Shown here: positions 26,873 to 39,252 of the stretch, piece after piece | How the letters are laid out: every line of letters starts with the position of its first letter | How positions within the stretch are numbered: the first letter of the stretch is position 1 | NCBI GenBank assembly: GCA_964016885.1 | Contig: OZ024742.1 | Coordinates: 49,538,001 to 49,602,000, forward strand | DNA: 64,000 nt | Source of the DNA: Eledone cirrhosa | Taxonomy: Eukaryota | Reading direction: 5' to 3' | Notes under the pieces: model-generated | The model's input: the letters and a program-made list of their open reading frames with translations, nothing else | Told to the model about the DNA's origin: nothing | The model's database searches: none | Translations under genes and position numbers: made by a program

Positions 26873-27028
26873 ATATTTTAGAAATAAGAGGAAAGCACAA
26901 ATGGTGACATTTCTATCATCAGTTGTCTGCTGGAGATCACGGACATTTCTACACATGTCAGTGATCTCCAGCAGACAACTGATGATGGGAATGTCCCCCG
27001 TTTGTGCTTTTCTCTTCTTTCTAAATAT
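26873..27028. repeat. Near-perfect hairpin of about 155 bp
   Basis: ATCATCAGTTGTCTGCTGGAGATCAC pairs with GTGATCTCCAGCAGACAACTGATGAT, extending out to AGAGGAAAGCACAAA/TTTGTGCTTTTCTCT; loop about 8 nt. Confidence 0.9.
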
Positions 27029-27247
27029 ATATATGGGGCCAACATGTATTTTAAATTGAGTGGCACTAGTTTCAGTGTTTAGCAATTTTTTTGACAACTC
27101 TATCAGTGAAACAATTGTTAGACTGTAAATAAATCATCTTTTTTGTACTGTTGACCATGTTATTCTCCACTTTTTCAATTTTATATATAAAGAAATAAAA
27201 AGGGAAAACATTTTTTTTCTTCCTAATAATCGTCTTTTTCTCCATGT

Positions 27248-27306
<59 letters not shown>

Positions 27307-27310
<4 letters not shown>

Positions 27311-27771
27311 TAAACGGAATAGAAAACGCTGACAAATTGTTCACAGTTGAAAAATGGTTTAATTAGGAATAAAAGAGTATTAGTGATTGTATGGGTTAGT
27401 ATATTCAGTTGTGGTTTTAAGTTTTTAAGTTCTTACCGGTTGCGCATTTCTAAATGCTTTTCAAAAATAATTTTGAGATAGAGTGTCCGTGCTGTTAGCT
27501 CTGATCTGATTAGTTTTGGGAATTCTACCTGTTTTTATGCTAAAAAAGTGGCTCCAATTTGCAAAAATTCTTGTGGTCAAAACAATTTTGATTTGTCGGT
27601 AGAGGTCATGTGAATGTAAAAAATTGATTTTGCGCCAAGACTGTTTTTATGTTAAAAAAGTGGCTCCAGCAAAAATTCTTGTGGTCAAAACAATTTTGAT
27701 TGGTCGGTAGAGGTCATGTGAATAAAAAATTGGTTTTGCGCCAAGATTGAGAAATGACTCTTTCACAACAA

Positions 27772-27807
<36 letters not shown>

Positions 27808-27879
27808 TAGTAGTAGTAGTAAGGTGTTCGATGTTGTGATAATGGTTAGCAGCGATGTGTGTCAAATGGCTATTAAGAT

Positions 27880-27914
<35 letters not shown>

Positions 27915-28028
27915 GCAGACTAATTCGTGGTGGCAGGGATGGTCAGTAAGAATGTGTCTGAAAGCAATGGGGGGTATTTTAGCATGTCAAAAGATATTTT
28001 TCAGCTTTTGTCTTATACGGAGAAGTGC

Positions 28029-28059
<31 letters not shown>

Positions 28060-28147
28060 AGTCTCTTAAACACAATGACATACGTAAACACACATGCTCT
28101 ATGGTGCAACTCAAAAAAATATATGTGCATATATGTATGTATATATA

Positions 28148-28178
<31 letters not shown>

Positions 28179-28518
28179 GTATATAGTGAATATATGTATG
28201 TGTATATATATATAGTGAATATCATTTCACACCTTTTATTGTTAAGATTTTTATGTTCTATTAAGAAAAAATCGAATAATGTACACCATTTTACCAGGGG
28301 GAAAAAATACTGGTCCACCCACACACACACACACACACATACACACGCGTACATCAACATACAAAGAGACTTATATACACACACACACACACACACGCAC
28401 TTCTCCGTCTAAGACAAAAGCTGAAAAATATCTTTTGACATGCTAAAATACCCCCCCCCCCCCCATTGCTTTCAGACACATTCTTACTGACCATCCCTGC
28501 CACCACGAATTAGTCTGC

Positions 28519-28599
<81 letters not shown>

Positions 28600-29152
28600 A
28601 TCTTAATAGCCATTTGACACACATCGCTGCTAACCATTATCACAACATCGAACACACTACTACTACTACTACACACACACACACACACACACACACATAT
28701 TTGTTGTGAAAGAGTCATTTCTCAATCTTGGCGCAAAACCAATTTTTTATTCACATGACCTCTACCGACCAATCAAAATTGTTTTGACCACAAGAATTTT
28801 TGCTGGAGTCACTTTTTTAACATAAAAACAGTCTTGGCGCAAAATCAATTTTTTACATTCACATGACCTCTACCGACCAATCAAAATTGTTTTGACCACA
28901 AGAATTTTTGCAAATTGGAGCCACTTTTTTAACATAAAAACAGGTAGAATTCCCAAAACTAATCAGATCAGAGCAAACAGCACGGACACTCTATTTTTGA
29001 AAAGCATTTAGAAATGCGCAACCGGTAAAAACTTAAAAACTTAAAACCACAACTGAATACTAACCCATACAATCACTAATACTCTTTTATTCCTAATTAA
29101 ACCATTTTTCAACTGTGAACAATTTGTCAGCGTTTTCTATTCCGTTTACCAA
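27307..29152. mobile_element. Foldback structure: about 770-bp inverted arms around a spacer of about 300 bp
   Basis: 27307-28067 is the reverse complement of 28364-29152 (e.g. TTGGTAAACGGAATAGAAAACGCTGAC / GTCAGCGTTTTCTATTCCGTTTACCAA). Each arm has an internal tandem duplication of about 110 bp and (GT)n. TA flanks. Confidence 0.9.
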
Positions 29153-29187
29153 TATATAATAACTTGTGTGTTACACCTCTATTCTTT

Positions 29188-29230
<43 letters not shown>

Positions 29231-30083
29231 CACTCCTGAGTTCTACTGGTAAGATGTAACCCAGTACAAGCTGTTGCATGTTTGGGTCATAAGTTATTAA
29301 ACCAGTAACCCCACCAAGTTTGGTTGGAGAGAAGGGTGATTTTGGACATTCTACTTGATGATAAACGAAACTTGACAAAGGTTGGAGGAACTCAAGAGAG
29401 TCAAAGGCCATTCAATAGTGTGTACATATGTATATATTGTGTGAGTGGGTAAATATGTATGTGTTAATTTAAGAGTGTGCAGAGCTGTAGTAGCTCTCGC
29501 TGGTTGGCACTGGATTGCCTTTGGCGGTGTCCCTCTGTGTCCCAGTGTCTATTCCCCATGCAATATATACCCCTTCAAGCTGAACACCTAGCCTCTCTCA
29601 CTTCAAACACAAATATCCGTGGTGAAGAGTCACACCCTACACGAGGAGCCTCTGATACAGCTATCACCAGATAGATTAGATCAGATCTAGAGGACTAAGC
29701 ATTGATAAAATTCAACTTGTTTCATAGTAAGCAATAGTTCATGTAAAGACCATCAGTTTAATTAGATGACCTTGGTGTTGTGAACGCTAGGGTTTTCACA
29801 GATAATCGACTATTAATTCAGCAATGGCTCATGTTGGCAGAGAAATCTATGAGTATGCAGTCATGATAATCCAGATATATTCTAGACATTAGAAATAGGA
29901 AAATGCTTCCTCTTCGATGGAGAGATAGCTCAAGAAGTAGAATAATGTATATTTATATATGTATATATATTTTACATACATATATATAACTTAAATAAAA
30001 TATTCATTCTGCTGTTCCATCTGAAAACACATCTACTTATACATCATACATACCCACGTAGAGTTATATAAAGATATGATGAT

Positions 30084-30452
30084 ATCATCATCATCATCAT
30101 CATCATCGTTTAACGTCCCTGTTCCACGCTTGCATGGGTTTGGACGGGGGTTTTCCCACTTGAGGCAAGAGTGGTTGTCTTGCTCGCATAGGACTGTCTG
30201 GCGGGTTTTCTACAGCTGGATGCCCTTCCTAACGCCAACCACATTTACAGTGTGGGGCTGGGAGGTTTTTACCATGTTGCCTACATGGCCACATTACAGC
30301 GTGGACTGTCTGGCGTGTTTTCTACAGCTGGATGCCCTTCCTAACACCAACCACATTTACAGTGTGGGACTGGGAGGTTTTTACCGTGTTGCCTACACGG
30401 TCACATTACAGCGTGGACTGTGTGTTTTTTTGTCGTGACACCTACACGATCT
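30084..30452 (-). mobile_element. Extra family-B 3' UTR copy with internal duplication
   Basis: Matches 30465-30720 and has its own (GAT)n tail; the GGACTGTCTGGCG...CACATTACAGCGT block occurs twice. Confidence 0.85.
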
Positions 30453-30464
30453 CTATATATATAT

Positions 30465-32324
30465 ATCATCATCATCATCATCATCGTTTATCGTCCATAT
30501 TCCACGCTTGCATGGGTTTGGACGGGAGTTTTCCCACTTGAGGCAAGAGTGGTTGTCTTGCTCACATAGGACTGTCTAGCGGGTTTTCTACGGCTGGATG
30601 CCCTTCCTAACACCAACCACATTTACAGTGTGGAACTGGGAGGTTTTTACCGTGTTACCTACATGGCCACATTACAGCGTGGACTGTGTGTTTTTTTGTC
30701 GTGACACCTACACGACCTCATTTGTTTCGGCCTGGATGTTGTGGTACCAACATAACTTTACATTGAAAGGGGTGGTGTGGATGGGGTGGGGGTAGTGGGA
30801 CGGGGTTGTATTTTGTTAGAGGTGCCTACTGACTGTAGTAGGTTTTACTTTGTATTTAGGTAAGGCGCGTCTTCTCTATTACTGTGTAGCGCCAAAGATC
30901 TCGGTCCAGTGACATTGTCTTGGAGAGGTGTAAGTGTGTCCCAGGTTTTTCTGGGTCTGCCTACTCCGTGGCTACCGTCTATTTTTATTGCTCTGCACTT
31001 TTTTATACAGCTGTCGTCTTTCATGCGCATCACGTGACCATACCAACGTACCCTTCTCTCGAGTAAACAACATCTGATCCCTCTTATTTCTAATTTTTCC
31101 CTTAGTTCGTTTATGCTTTGCCGTTCACGAATATTACTATTACACATCCAGCGGAGCATGCAAGCTTCGTTCCTCTCTAGTCTGCGTATATCCTCTGCAC
31201 ACAATGCCCAGGTCTCACTGCCATGCAACATTGCTGTTCTTATGCAGGCATCATACAGCCTGCCTTTCATTTTTAGGGAGAACCCTTTAGCGGCTAATAG
31301 TGGTATAAGCTCTCTGAACTTTTTCCATCCAGTTCTGACTCTAGCTACTGTACTTTCAGAGCACCCTCCCCCACTGCTGATTTTGTCACCCAGGTAACGG
31401 AAGCTGTCCACTATTTCTATAAAGCCATCTGTGCAATTGAAAGAGCTAGTATTTTGTGGGCACTTGCTGCTACTTATTGCACCAGAGCACCGACCACATA
31501 TAAAATCTATATTCTTAGTTAGCTTACCTGTGATCCCACTACATCTTTTATGCACCCACACTGAGCATGGCCATTTCCCGGATGGGACCGGTGCCCTATT
31601 TTCCTTCCTACAAACTAGAACTTTAGTCTTAGACAGGTTAATTTTATGGCTTTTTTATTCTAGGCCATGCTTCCATGTTTGGAATTTCTTCTCTAGTTCG
31701 GCCATTGATTCAGCTATGAGCGTTAGATCATCTGCGTATAGGAGTTCCCATGGGCAGCCAGTCTTGAACTCCTCTATTATAGCCTGAAGGGCAATAATAA
31801 ATAGTAGGGGGCTAAGAACGGAGCCCTGATGAACACCAACTTTTACGCTAAATTCTTCACTATATTCGTTGTTAATTCTATCCTTGCTGACTGTTTCTTT
31901 ATACATGGCTTGTATAGCTCTCACAAGCCATTCATCAACACCTAGTTTTCTAAGAGCCCACCAGATAATGGAACGGTGGACTCTGTCAAAGGCTTTCTCC
32001 AATTCGACAAAAGCTAAGTATAGGGGTTTACTTTTAGCTAGGTACTTCTCCTGTAGTTGTCGTACAATGAAAAGAGCGTCTGTGGTACTTTTTCCTGACA
32101 CAAACCCGAACTGCATTTCATCTAGATCAATTCTCTCTCTGATTAGTTTCGCTATTACTTTTTCTGTGACCTTCATGACCTGGTCTATTAATTTAATGCC
32201 TCTATAGTTACTCCTATCTAGGGCATCTCCTTTACCCTTGTAGCAGTTAATGATGCTGCTGCTATGCCAGTCCTTCGGAACAACCCCATTCTGTATGACT
32301 TGGTTTACTATCCGGGTGACCATG

Positions 32325-32326
<2 letters not shown>
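30465..32326 (-). mobile_element. 5'-truncated RTE LINE, family B, with long 3' UTR
   Basis: RT ORFs 31655-32407 and 30845-31561 (QFGF, GVHQGSVLSP, LLYADDL, RWYGHVMRM), diverged from family A; about 380-nt 3' UTR ending in (GAT)n. Confidence 0.95.
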
Positions 32327-32369
<43 letters not shown>

Positions 32370-35089
32370 CCTTTTACATATGAGTGTCTATGTTGTATGT
32401 ATTTCATATTTTACATGGTTGTTGCTTAGGGAATGGAATGACTAAAGATTAAAAACAAAATTCCTCTCACACTACCATTTGACTCACATATATAGTTTAT
32501 GTGTAAGAAATCACTTTCGTTTCCATTGAAATATATCTAGTGATATTATCACACAGTTTAATTAAAGGAAACTCAAAAGTAAACAGAACAATAGTTATTA
32601 TTCTTTAAATTTCCTTGTTCAATATTTCTGTTAGAAATTGCCTGAACACCCTTTCATGGCAATATGTTTCATTGATATCATATACTCAATAGAAATATCA
32701 TGGGAATATTAGCAGACTTTTCATGAGATTCTATTTTCACTGGATATAATGGCATCATTCAAATGGGAAATAACAAAAGCATTTTCTTGGTCTATGAGTT
32801 TGGATGAGAATTTTCAGCCATCAAATATATCCTTGGGGATAATAGCTGTGACAAAATCAGATAGATTTGAAGCACTTCATTTATAAACATTTGTTATAAT
32901 GTTCAACAAATTGGCTTTGGCATATAAAATAAGGCATGCTTATAGTGAAAATATGAGGGAAGCTATCTCCTTATATGTGGAGTTTGAACATTTTTTGGAG
33001 GTTGTTATGTAACCATATTTATATCCTATATTATTGCTAAGTGATGAGTCTTGTTCCTCTGGATTTTCATCTATATACTCACAGAGTTATATAAATATAT
33101 GTATGTGTGTGTGTTTGTGTGCATGTGCATGTGTGTGTATAGTTATTATGAGTATATCACTGAGATGTTTGAAAGTTTGGTGTACAATAATCCCAAATAA
33201 TGGCATTTACCACCGAAAAATTATTGATTAATGTTTATCAGTTAGATTTGACTTAAAAGGAAACCCCTCACACATACACATATATTGGTTATCTTATATT
33301 TGCATATATACAATGATAAAATTAAAAAAGTGTATACATTAAGGTATTTATTTGATGTTTAATGTGTTTCTCTTTGCAGTATTAATTTCTTTACATCTTC
33401 CTATATATAAATATTAAATGATTTTAACATATTCCTGGTAATATATATGCCTGACCTACAATACATAACATGCAGCATGTAGCTTAAAAATCGTGTATTC
33501 TATTGCTTGCTACATATTAAACTTTGCCAAAACATAAATTAATTAGTTATATATACGTACTTTATACAAATTTGATACTGACATCCTTTAAATATCTTTG
33601 AAAATATCCAAACCAATTTTCATATTAGTTGTGTTATTTCTCTCCACATTTTTAACACTATTTTAATTGACCATGCTGAGATTAATTTACCAGCTGAAAT
33701 TGCACCGTCTTATAACCCACACAAATTCCAAAGATTTCCACTTGCTAGCGGTTGGTTCCCTCTTATATTATTTGTGTTTGAATCTCTGTATTAATTGGAT
33801 CATCATCGTTTAATATCTCTTTCCCTTCTAGCAAGGGTTGGTTAGGCTATCAACAGACCAGGCTAGTACTAAAAACAGAGTTACTCATGCTACAGATGTT
33901 ATCAAAGATATAAGCAAGATTAGAGTTTATTGCAGATGACATTCTCAGATGATCTAGAATTCATTTCTGAAACAATATAGAAACAGATCTAAATCACTGA
34001 AGGGAGTTTGAACATATAATTCACAAACACTTACTCATGTCTATTTCATTTCCACTGGCTGACAAAATACTATTTATTTCAGTATCTCTTTTCATAATTT
34101 TGTTTTAGAAATTGTTTTTAAGTAATTTTCGAAATATAAGGTCACCAATGAAAAAGTTAGTTATTGCATTAAATTCTTCTAAATGTTTGATCATTTAAAA
34201 AATAAATTGAAACACACAGGCATAGAAATTTGGTAATGAAAGGGTTTGATTTAATTGATATATATATCCTCATACTGTTTAATATACTTAGTGTGTGTGT
34301 AAGCCTAAATATTCACAACCTATACTATCATTACCCCAATGATATATGCCTTCACAATGTAGGAGGAAACTCTGGCATGCTGAGCCACAAGCTCAAGCTA
34401 TCTCATGGTCACAGCTGACAGAATAGGGAAAGTAAATAGGTTATTTTTTTTTATTTTGCTATATGGTGTTTTTCTTTAACTAAATCTATCTTTTGTTTCT
34501 ATGTTGCCTTCTCTATATATCATAACTTTCTTGTTTCCTTTCATTTTGACTTCAATTTCCACATTTTTACATTTTTCAAATTCTAAGAAAATTGTGTGTA
34601 TTTGTGTATACCAATAATGTGGAACGTATTTTTCTTATTTGTACCTTTACTGGTTTCTTTTTTATCAATCTATCTTCTTTTAGAAATAATATATTTTAAG
34701 ATCCTTTTCAATACTTAGACATCACATTTAATTGTAAAATATCACCTGCATAGAAACTGAAATCAAATTTATTTAGACATTAAATCCACAGGCTTGATCA
34801 GACTTCAGTTTTTATCATTCATATCAGTAGAATATTATATCACATAATTTTAAACCTTTTATTTATTTTTTCATCTGTTTATATGTATCCTGTTATTGCA
34901 GATGCAAATTTAACTGAAGCCACTAAACATTCAGAATAAAAAAGATCTTTCAGTATATTTTCTAAAAATAAAGGCATATGCTGTGATTCTTTATGTATTG
35001 TTTATATCAAGATATTTTTAAAACAGTTATAACTATTTATTTAATAACCCATAAGGTTGATTATCTCTGGAAAGGATTCACCCTTGTTA

Positions 35090-35420
35090 AATATCTAAAA
35101 TTAATCTGCAAATACCAAAGCAGTTGACTATTAGAGAACACCATTTAATTATTATGAAAACCAAGTAATAGATTTGAAGCCAGTTGCCATTTTGGGCAAA
35201 GGACAGCAAACTCTTCAAATATTGGTCATTCTCCAACAGATTTGCAGTAAAGTCCATAGCAGGGGAGACTTCTGATGTTCTTGGCATGGAATTGGCGATC
35301 CACAAGTGTGAGTCTCATGTGTTGGAATGGCTCTTCCAATGCATCTCCCTCACTATCCTCCAAGGAAATGCCTTCTCTATTCTGTCTGCTGGGACTGCAG
35401 GGCAGCCGATGCATGGGCTC
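35090..35420 (+). mobile_element. CRE-clade-like non-LTR retrotransposon C-terminal remnant
   Basis: K.FKY...F....GETS.VLG...WLFQCISLTILQGNAFSIL resembles the CRE RLE end (QRxSxAIQRGNA). Confidence 0.6.
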
Positions 35421-35526
35421 CCATTTGCATATAATAGTGAGAGATGGGGAGAGCAAGAGGGACTGAGGCAGTGAGCGAAAGAGAGAGAGAACATCAATGC
35501 ACATACACACTCATTTTCAGTTCAAG

Positions 35527-35981
35527 TCAATATACTGGTCAATATACTGGTCAGTATACTGGTCAATATACTGGTCAGTATACTGGTCAATATACTGGTC
35601 AATATACTGGTCAATATACTGGTCAGTATATTGGTCAATATACTGGTCAGTATACTGGTCAATATACTGGTCAGTATATTGGTCAATATACTGGTCAATA
35701 TACTGGTCAGTATACTGGTCAATATACTGCTCAGTATACTGGTCAATATACTGGTCAGTATACTGGTCAATATACTGTTCAGTATACTGGTCAATATACT
35801 GGTCAATATATTGCTCAGTATACTGGTCAGTATACTGGTCAATATACTGGTCAATATATTGCTCAGTATACTGGTCAGTATACTGGTCAATATACTGGTC
35901 AATATATTGCTCAGTATACTGGTCAATATACTGGTCAATATATTGCTCAGTATACTGGTCAGTATACTGGTCAGTATACTG
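35527..35981. repeat. 12-bp minisatellite (TATACTGGTCAR), about 38 units
   Basis: Directly visible; variants TATACTGGTCAA, TATACTGGTCAG and TATATTGCTCAG. Confidence 0.97.
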
Positions 35982-37113
35982 TGTTCTTGTAAATAAATAA
36001 ATAAAATTACTGTTGTTTGCATATGGTTATTTGTTTGAGTGTGTTTGTGTTTTATGAATGAGAGACAGTGGCTTGGCAAAGTCATTCTGGCTCTCTGCAT
36101 TCTGAGCTCAGATATGGCCACAGTCAACTATGCCTTTCATCTTTCCAGAGTAGATAAATTAGCAGTCAAGTATTGGGATTGATTTTTCATCTATAGACTG
36201 TTGGCTTCTCTCTCTTTCAATCTCTCACTCTCTCATTCAAATCTGGAGATGAATGGGCTGAGCCAGGTTTAAATACTTATGACACTTCAGCACCCTTCCA
36301 GCTCAATAAGGTTGTATGTAATTTTGTGTGTCTTATGAAGATGGCATCTATCTATAAAGAGCTAATATCTATTTTTTTCTGATTTATAAAGTGATGACAA
36401 ATGAAACTCAAGAAATGGGTTAAAGTTAAAAACCTTACAATATTTAGTTACTTCCATTATGTTTCAGATTTTAGATTTTACACAAGGTTCTCTTTAGCTT
36501 TTATCAACTTCACTTTCTTTTATATAATGAGCAATAATATAGAGAATCAGGAGACAACACAATACCGGGATGTGATCAACTGCTTCCTTTTGTGTTGGTT
36601 GCTATCATTAAGAGACCCTATTTACTTGGTCCCAGGACTGATGTTTCCCTCTGCAAAATCACTTGAAGAAGGAGCCTTGTGGGCTTGAATGGCTGGTGCA
36701 GTGGGTGTCACAGGCTGTTCTCCATGCCATTGCTGAGATATATCACCTCTCCAAGGGTGTAAAGTCCCCCCCCCCTTTTTTTTTTAAATATCCCTCTCCA
36801 ACTGTTTTCTTTTCCTCTTTTTCCTCACTTCTTGTATACTATCTGAATATATTGCAGTTACTTTAATCAGTAAGTCAGAATAATTAAGTCAATAGATGAT
36901 TGGACAATCATTTAAAAGGTCAAGGTCTTAATTATCCAATAACAAAGTCCCACTAGGTCTGATTAGATAGAACAGTGTAGGAACTATTCACAGTAATTGC
37001 TGTTATTGTTATTCTTATTGTTACTGTTGTTGTAGTTGTTCATTAGTCCCAGTGTCAGCTCAAATTGATCAAGCTTAAGTTCAGAAATTTTCTCATGACT
37101 TCATCTCTTTGTA

Positions 37114-37475
37114 CTCTTGGCTCTCAAATAATCGTCCCCACACCCCACTTATTAAATTTTCCTAATCTACCCCTGGCAAAATTTGATTTTAAGTGGCAAC
37201 TTTCCTGTGACAAATAGCTTTTGTTATACATTAAAAAACATTATACATGACAAAAAAAGGAAATTACTAGAAATCCCATGCATTATAGAATAAATAGGAT
37301 GGGTGGAGTCTCAATATGTAAACTAAACAACCAATTCTGTTTTTTTTTTAAGAAAACATCAAGGGAGAAAAAGTAGAAAAGTTGCCGATTGTCTAACACA
37401 CCTGCTTATTCCAACTCTCCCGCTTATTCTAACCACCCTGCTTATTGCACCCTCCTATTATTTGGGACCCAAGAG
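37114..37475. mobile_element. MITE with TA target duplication
   Basis: TA|CTCTTGGCTCTCAAATAAT ... ATTATTTGGGACCCAAGAG|TA, with subterminal CCTGCTTATT repeats. Confidence 0.7.
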
Positions 37476-38984
37476 TATGTTTAGTATTATATTCTCCAAT
37501 GGGTCTTCCCTTTTAATAAGATGGTAAGGTGTGATTTGAGGAAATGTGGCTGCTATTTCTAGCAGATCAAACAATTATGTTGAGGTTACTGCACAGTTAT
37601 GAGAACTGGTAGTAGAATTATGAGAAAATTTAATATAGCTTAGTAAGGGAAGGTTTCCATAATTTTCATAGCTACACAACATATTAGATTTCATTAGTGG
37701 GGGTCCCACTATGGTTTTAATTAAAGTTCAAGGCCAGCAACTAGGAGCAATAACATGTCAATTAAATCGATTACAGTATTTGATCAGAATTTGAACATAC
37801 AGTGTAAAGAATCAGAGCAAAAGCATCATAATATTTATGCTGAGGGGTCAAGGCCACATAGTATCACCACAATTTAGTTAAGTGTATTTTCCACTGAAAC
37901 ATTAGCCTTTTATGTTGTCAAAATAGATTTGTTTTTAATTATGTACTCTGTATGGTAACAATCTATATGAGGTTATTAGGATGCTGTTTGTATACTACAT
38001 AATGATTTGCTTTTTTTATGGCTACATTCACAGCTCAATATGAATATAGTTGATGTCTATAACAAACTGACATATGGGTGATTAACTTTCTTTATAAACA
38101 TGGGGTATTATCAATTAAATGTGATATCAAAGGAGACAAATGGCTGATAATTGGATAAATGTGTGAAATTATCAAAATAACATCTGTAGAGAGTATTGAA
38201 TATCTATGATATTATCAATATTTATATATATATGATGAACTACATGAAAAATTGAACTCAACATACTAGAGACAATTAGCATCTCTTAGCTACAATCTAT
38301 GAATCAAATTTCAGTAAAACCAATAAAACAAATTCTACTTTACTTTGTTAGTAATCAAGTACCATCAGAATGTTAGCCATAGAAGATAAACTCATTTGCT
38401 TTTCTAATTGAGCATCTTTCATCATATATTCTGCTTGCAACAGTTCTTTTAGCATGACCCAAATTCTGTTATTTAGCACTTCTTATCATTTCACCTCAGG
38501 TCTTACTGTCTAATGTAAACTAAAAATGTGTAGTAAATTTAACCAGTCATTATCGATCATTCATATGTATCTATTATATCAGCACCATTACTACGATTTG
38601 AGCATAGTAAATATTTGTGTGTGTGTGTTATGGTGTCTGTATATGTATGATTGGACATGTAAATTCTGGTAGATGTTTAGCTGCACCAGAGCGATGTACA
38701 GTGGATATTTTAAACCTGGTGAAGCCCATCCCTCTCCAACTTCTTCCACAGAAAAAGAGAATAAGTGAGACAGAGGAAGTAAGAAAGAGATATAAAGAAG
38801 GAATCTGTCCCAGAACTTGACCAATATATTTTTTATAAATCTCTAAAAGATAAAAGGCAAAGTTGACCTCGATAGGATTTGAAATGGAAGTGCAGAGAGC
38901 TGGAACAGATATGAGAAAGCATATTATCTGTTGTTCTAATGGACTTATTGATTCATCCCCACTGTTTATATATATATATATATA

Positions 38985-39252
38985 TGTGTTATTTCCTTGA
39001 GCAAGGCACTTTATTTCATATTGCTCCAGTTTACTCAGCTGTAGAAATGAGATGATAGGGACTGGGGTTCCTATCATTCCACTGCAAAGTGGTCGTGGAG
39101 GTGCCATGGCAAAAAAGCACCCAGCACTCACTGTAAATGAGGTTGGTGTTAGGAAGGGCATCCAGCTGTAGAAATCAAGCCAGAATCAGTTCCCGTCTCA
39201 CCCTTGCAAGCAGGGAAAAGTGGACGTAAAATGAAATGAAATGAATGAAATG
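38985..39252 (+). mobile_element. Composite SINE: CORE-like segment, RTE 5' UTR motif and RTE family A 3' end
   Basis: TCCTTGAGCAAGGCACTTTAT segment, then GCACCCAG..GTTAGGAAGGGCATCCAGC, then CACCCTTGCAAGCAGGGAAAAGTGGACGTAAAATG, which matches about 10435-10469. Confidence 0.7.

Noticed and set aside
35444-35992. 182-aa YTGQ-repeat ORF as a structural protein
   Set aside because: The 12-bp unit simply lacks stops in most frames; there is no signal peptide, no donor site and no codon-position bias favouring one frame.
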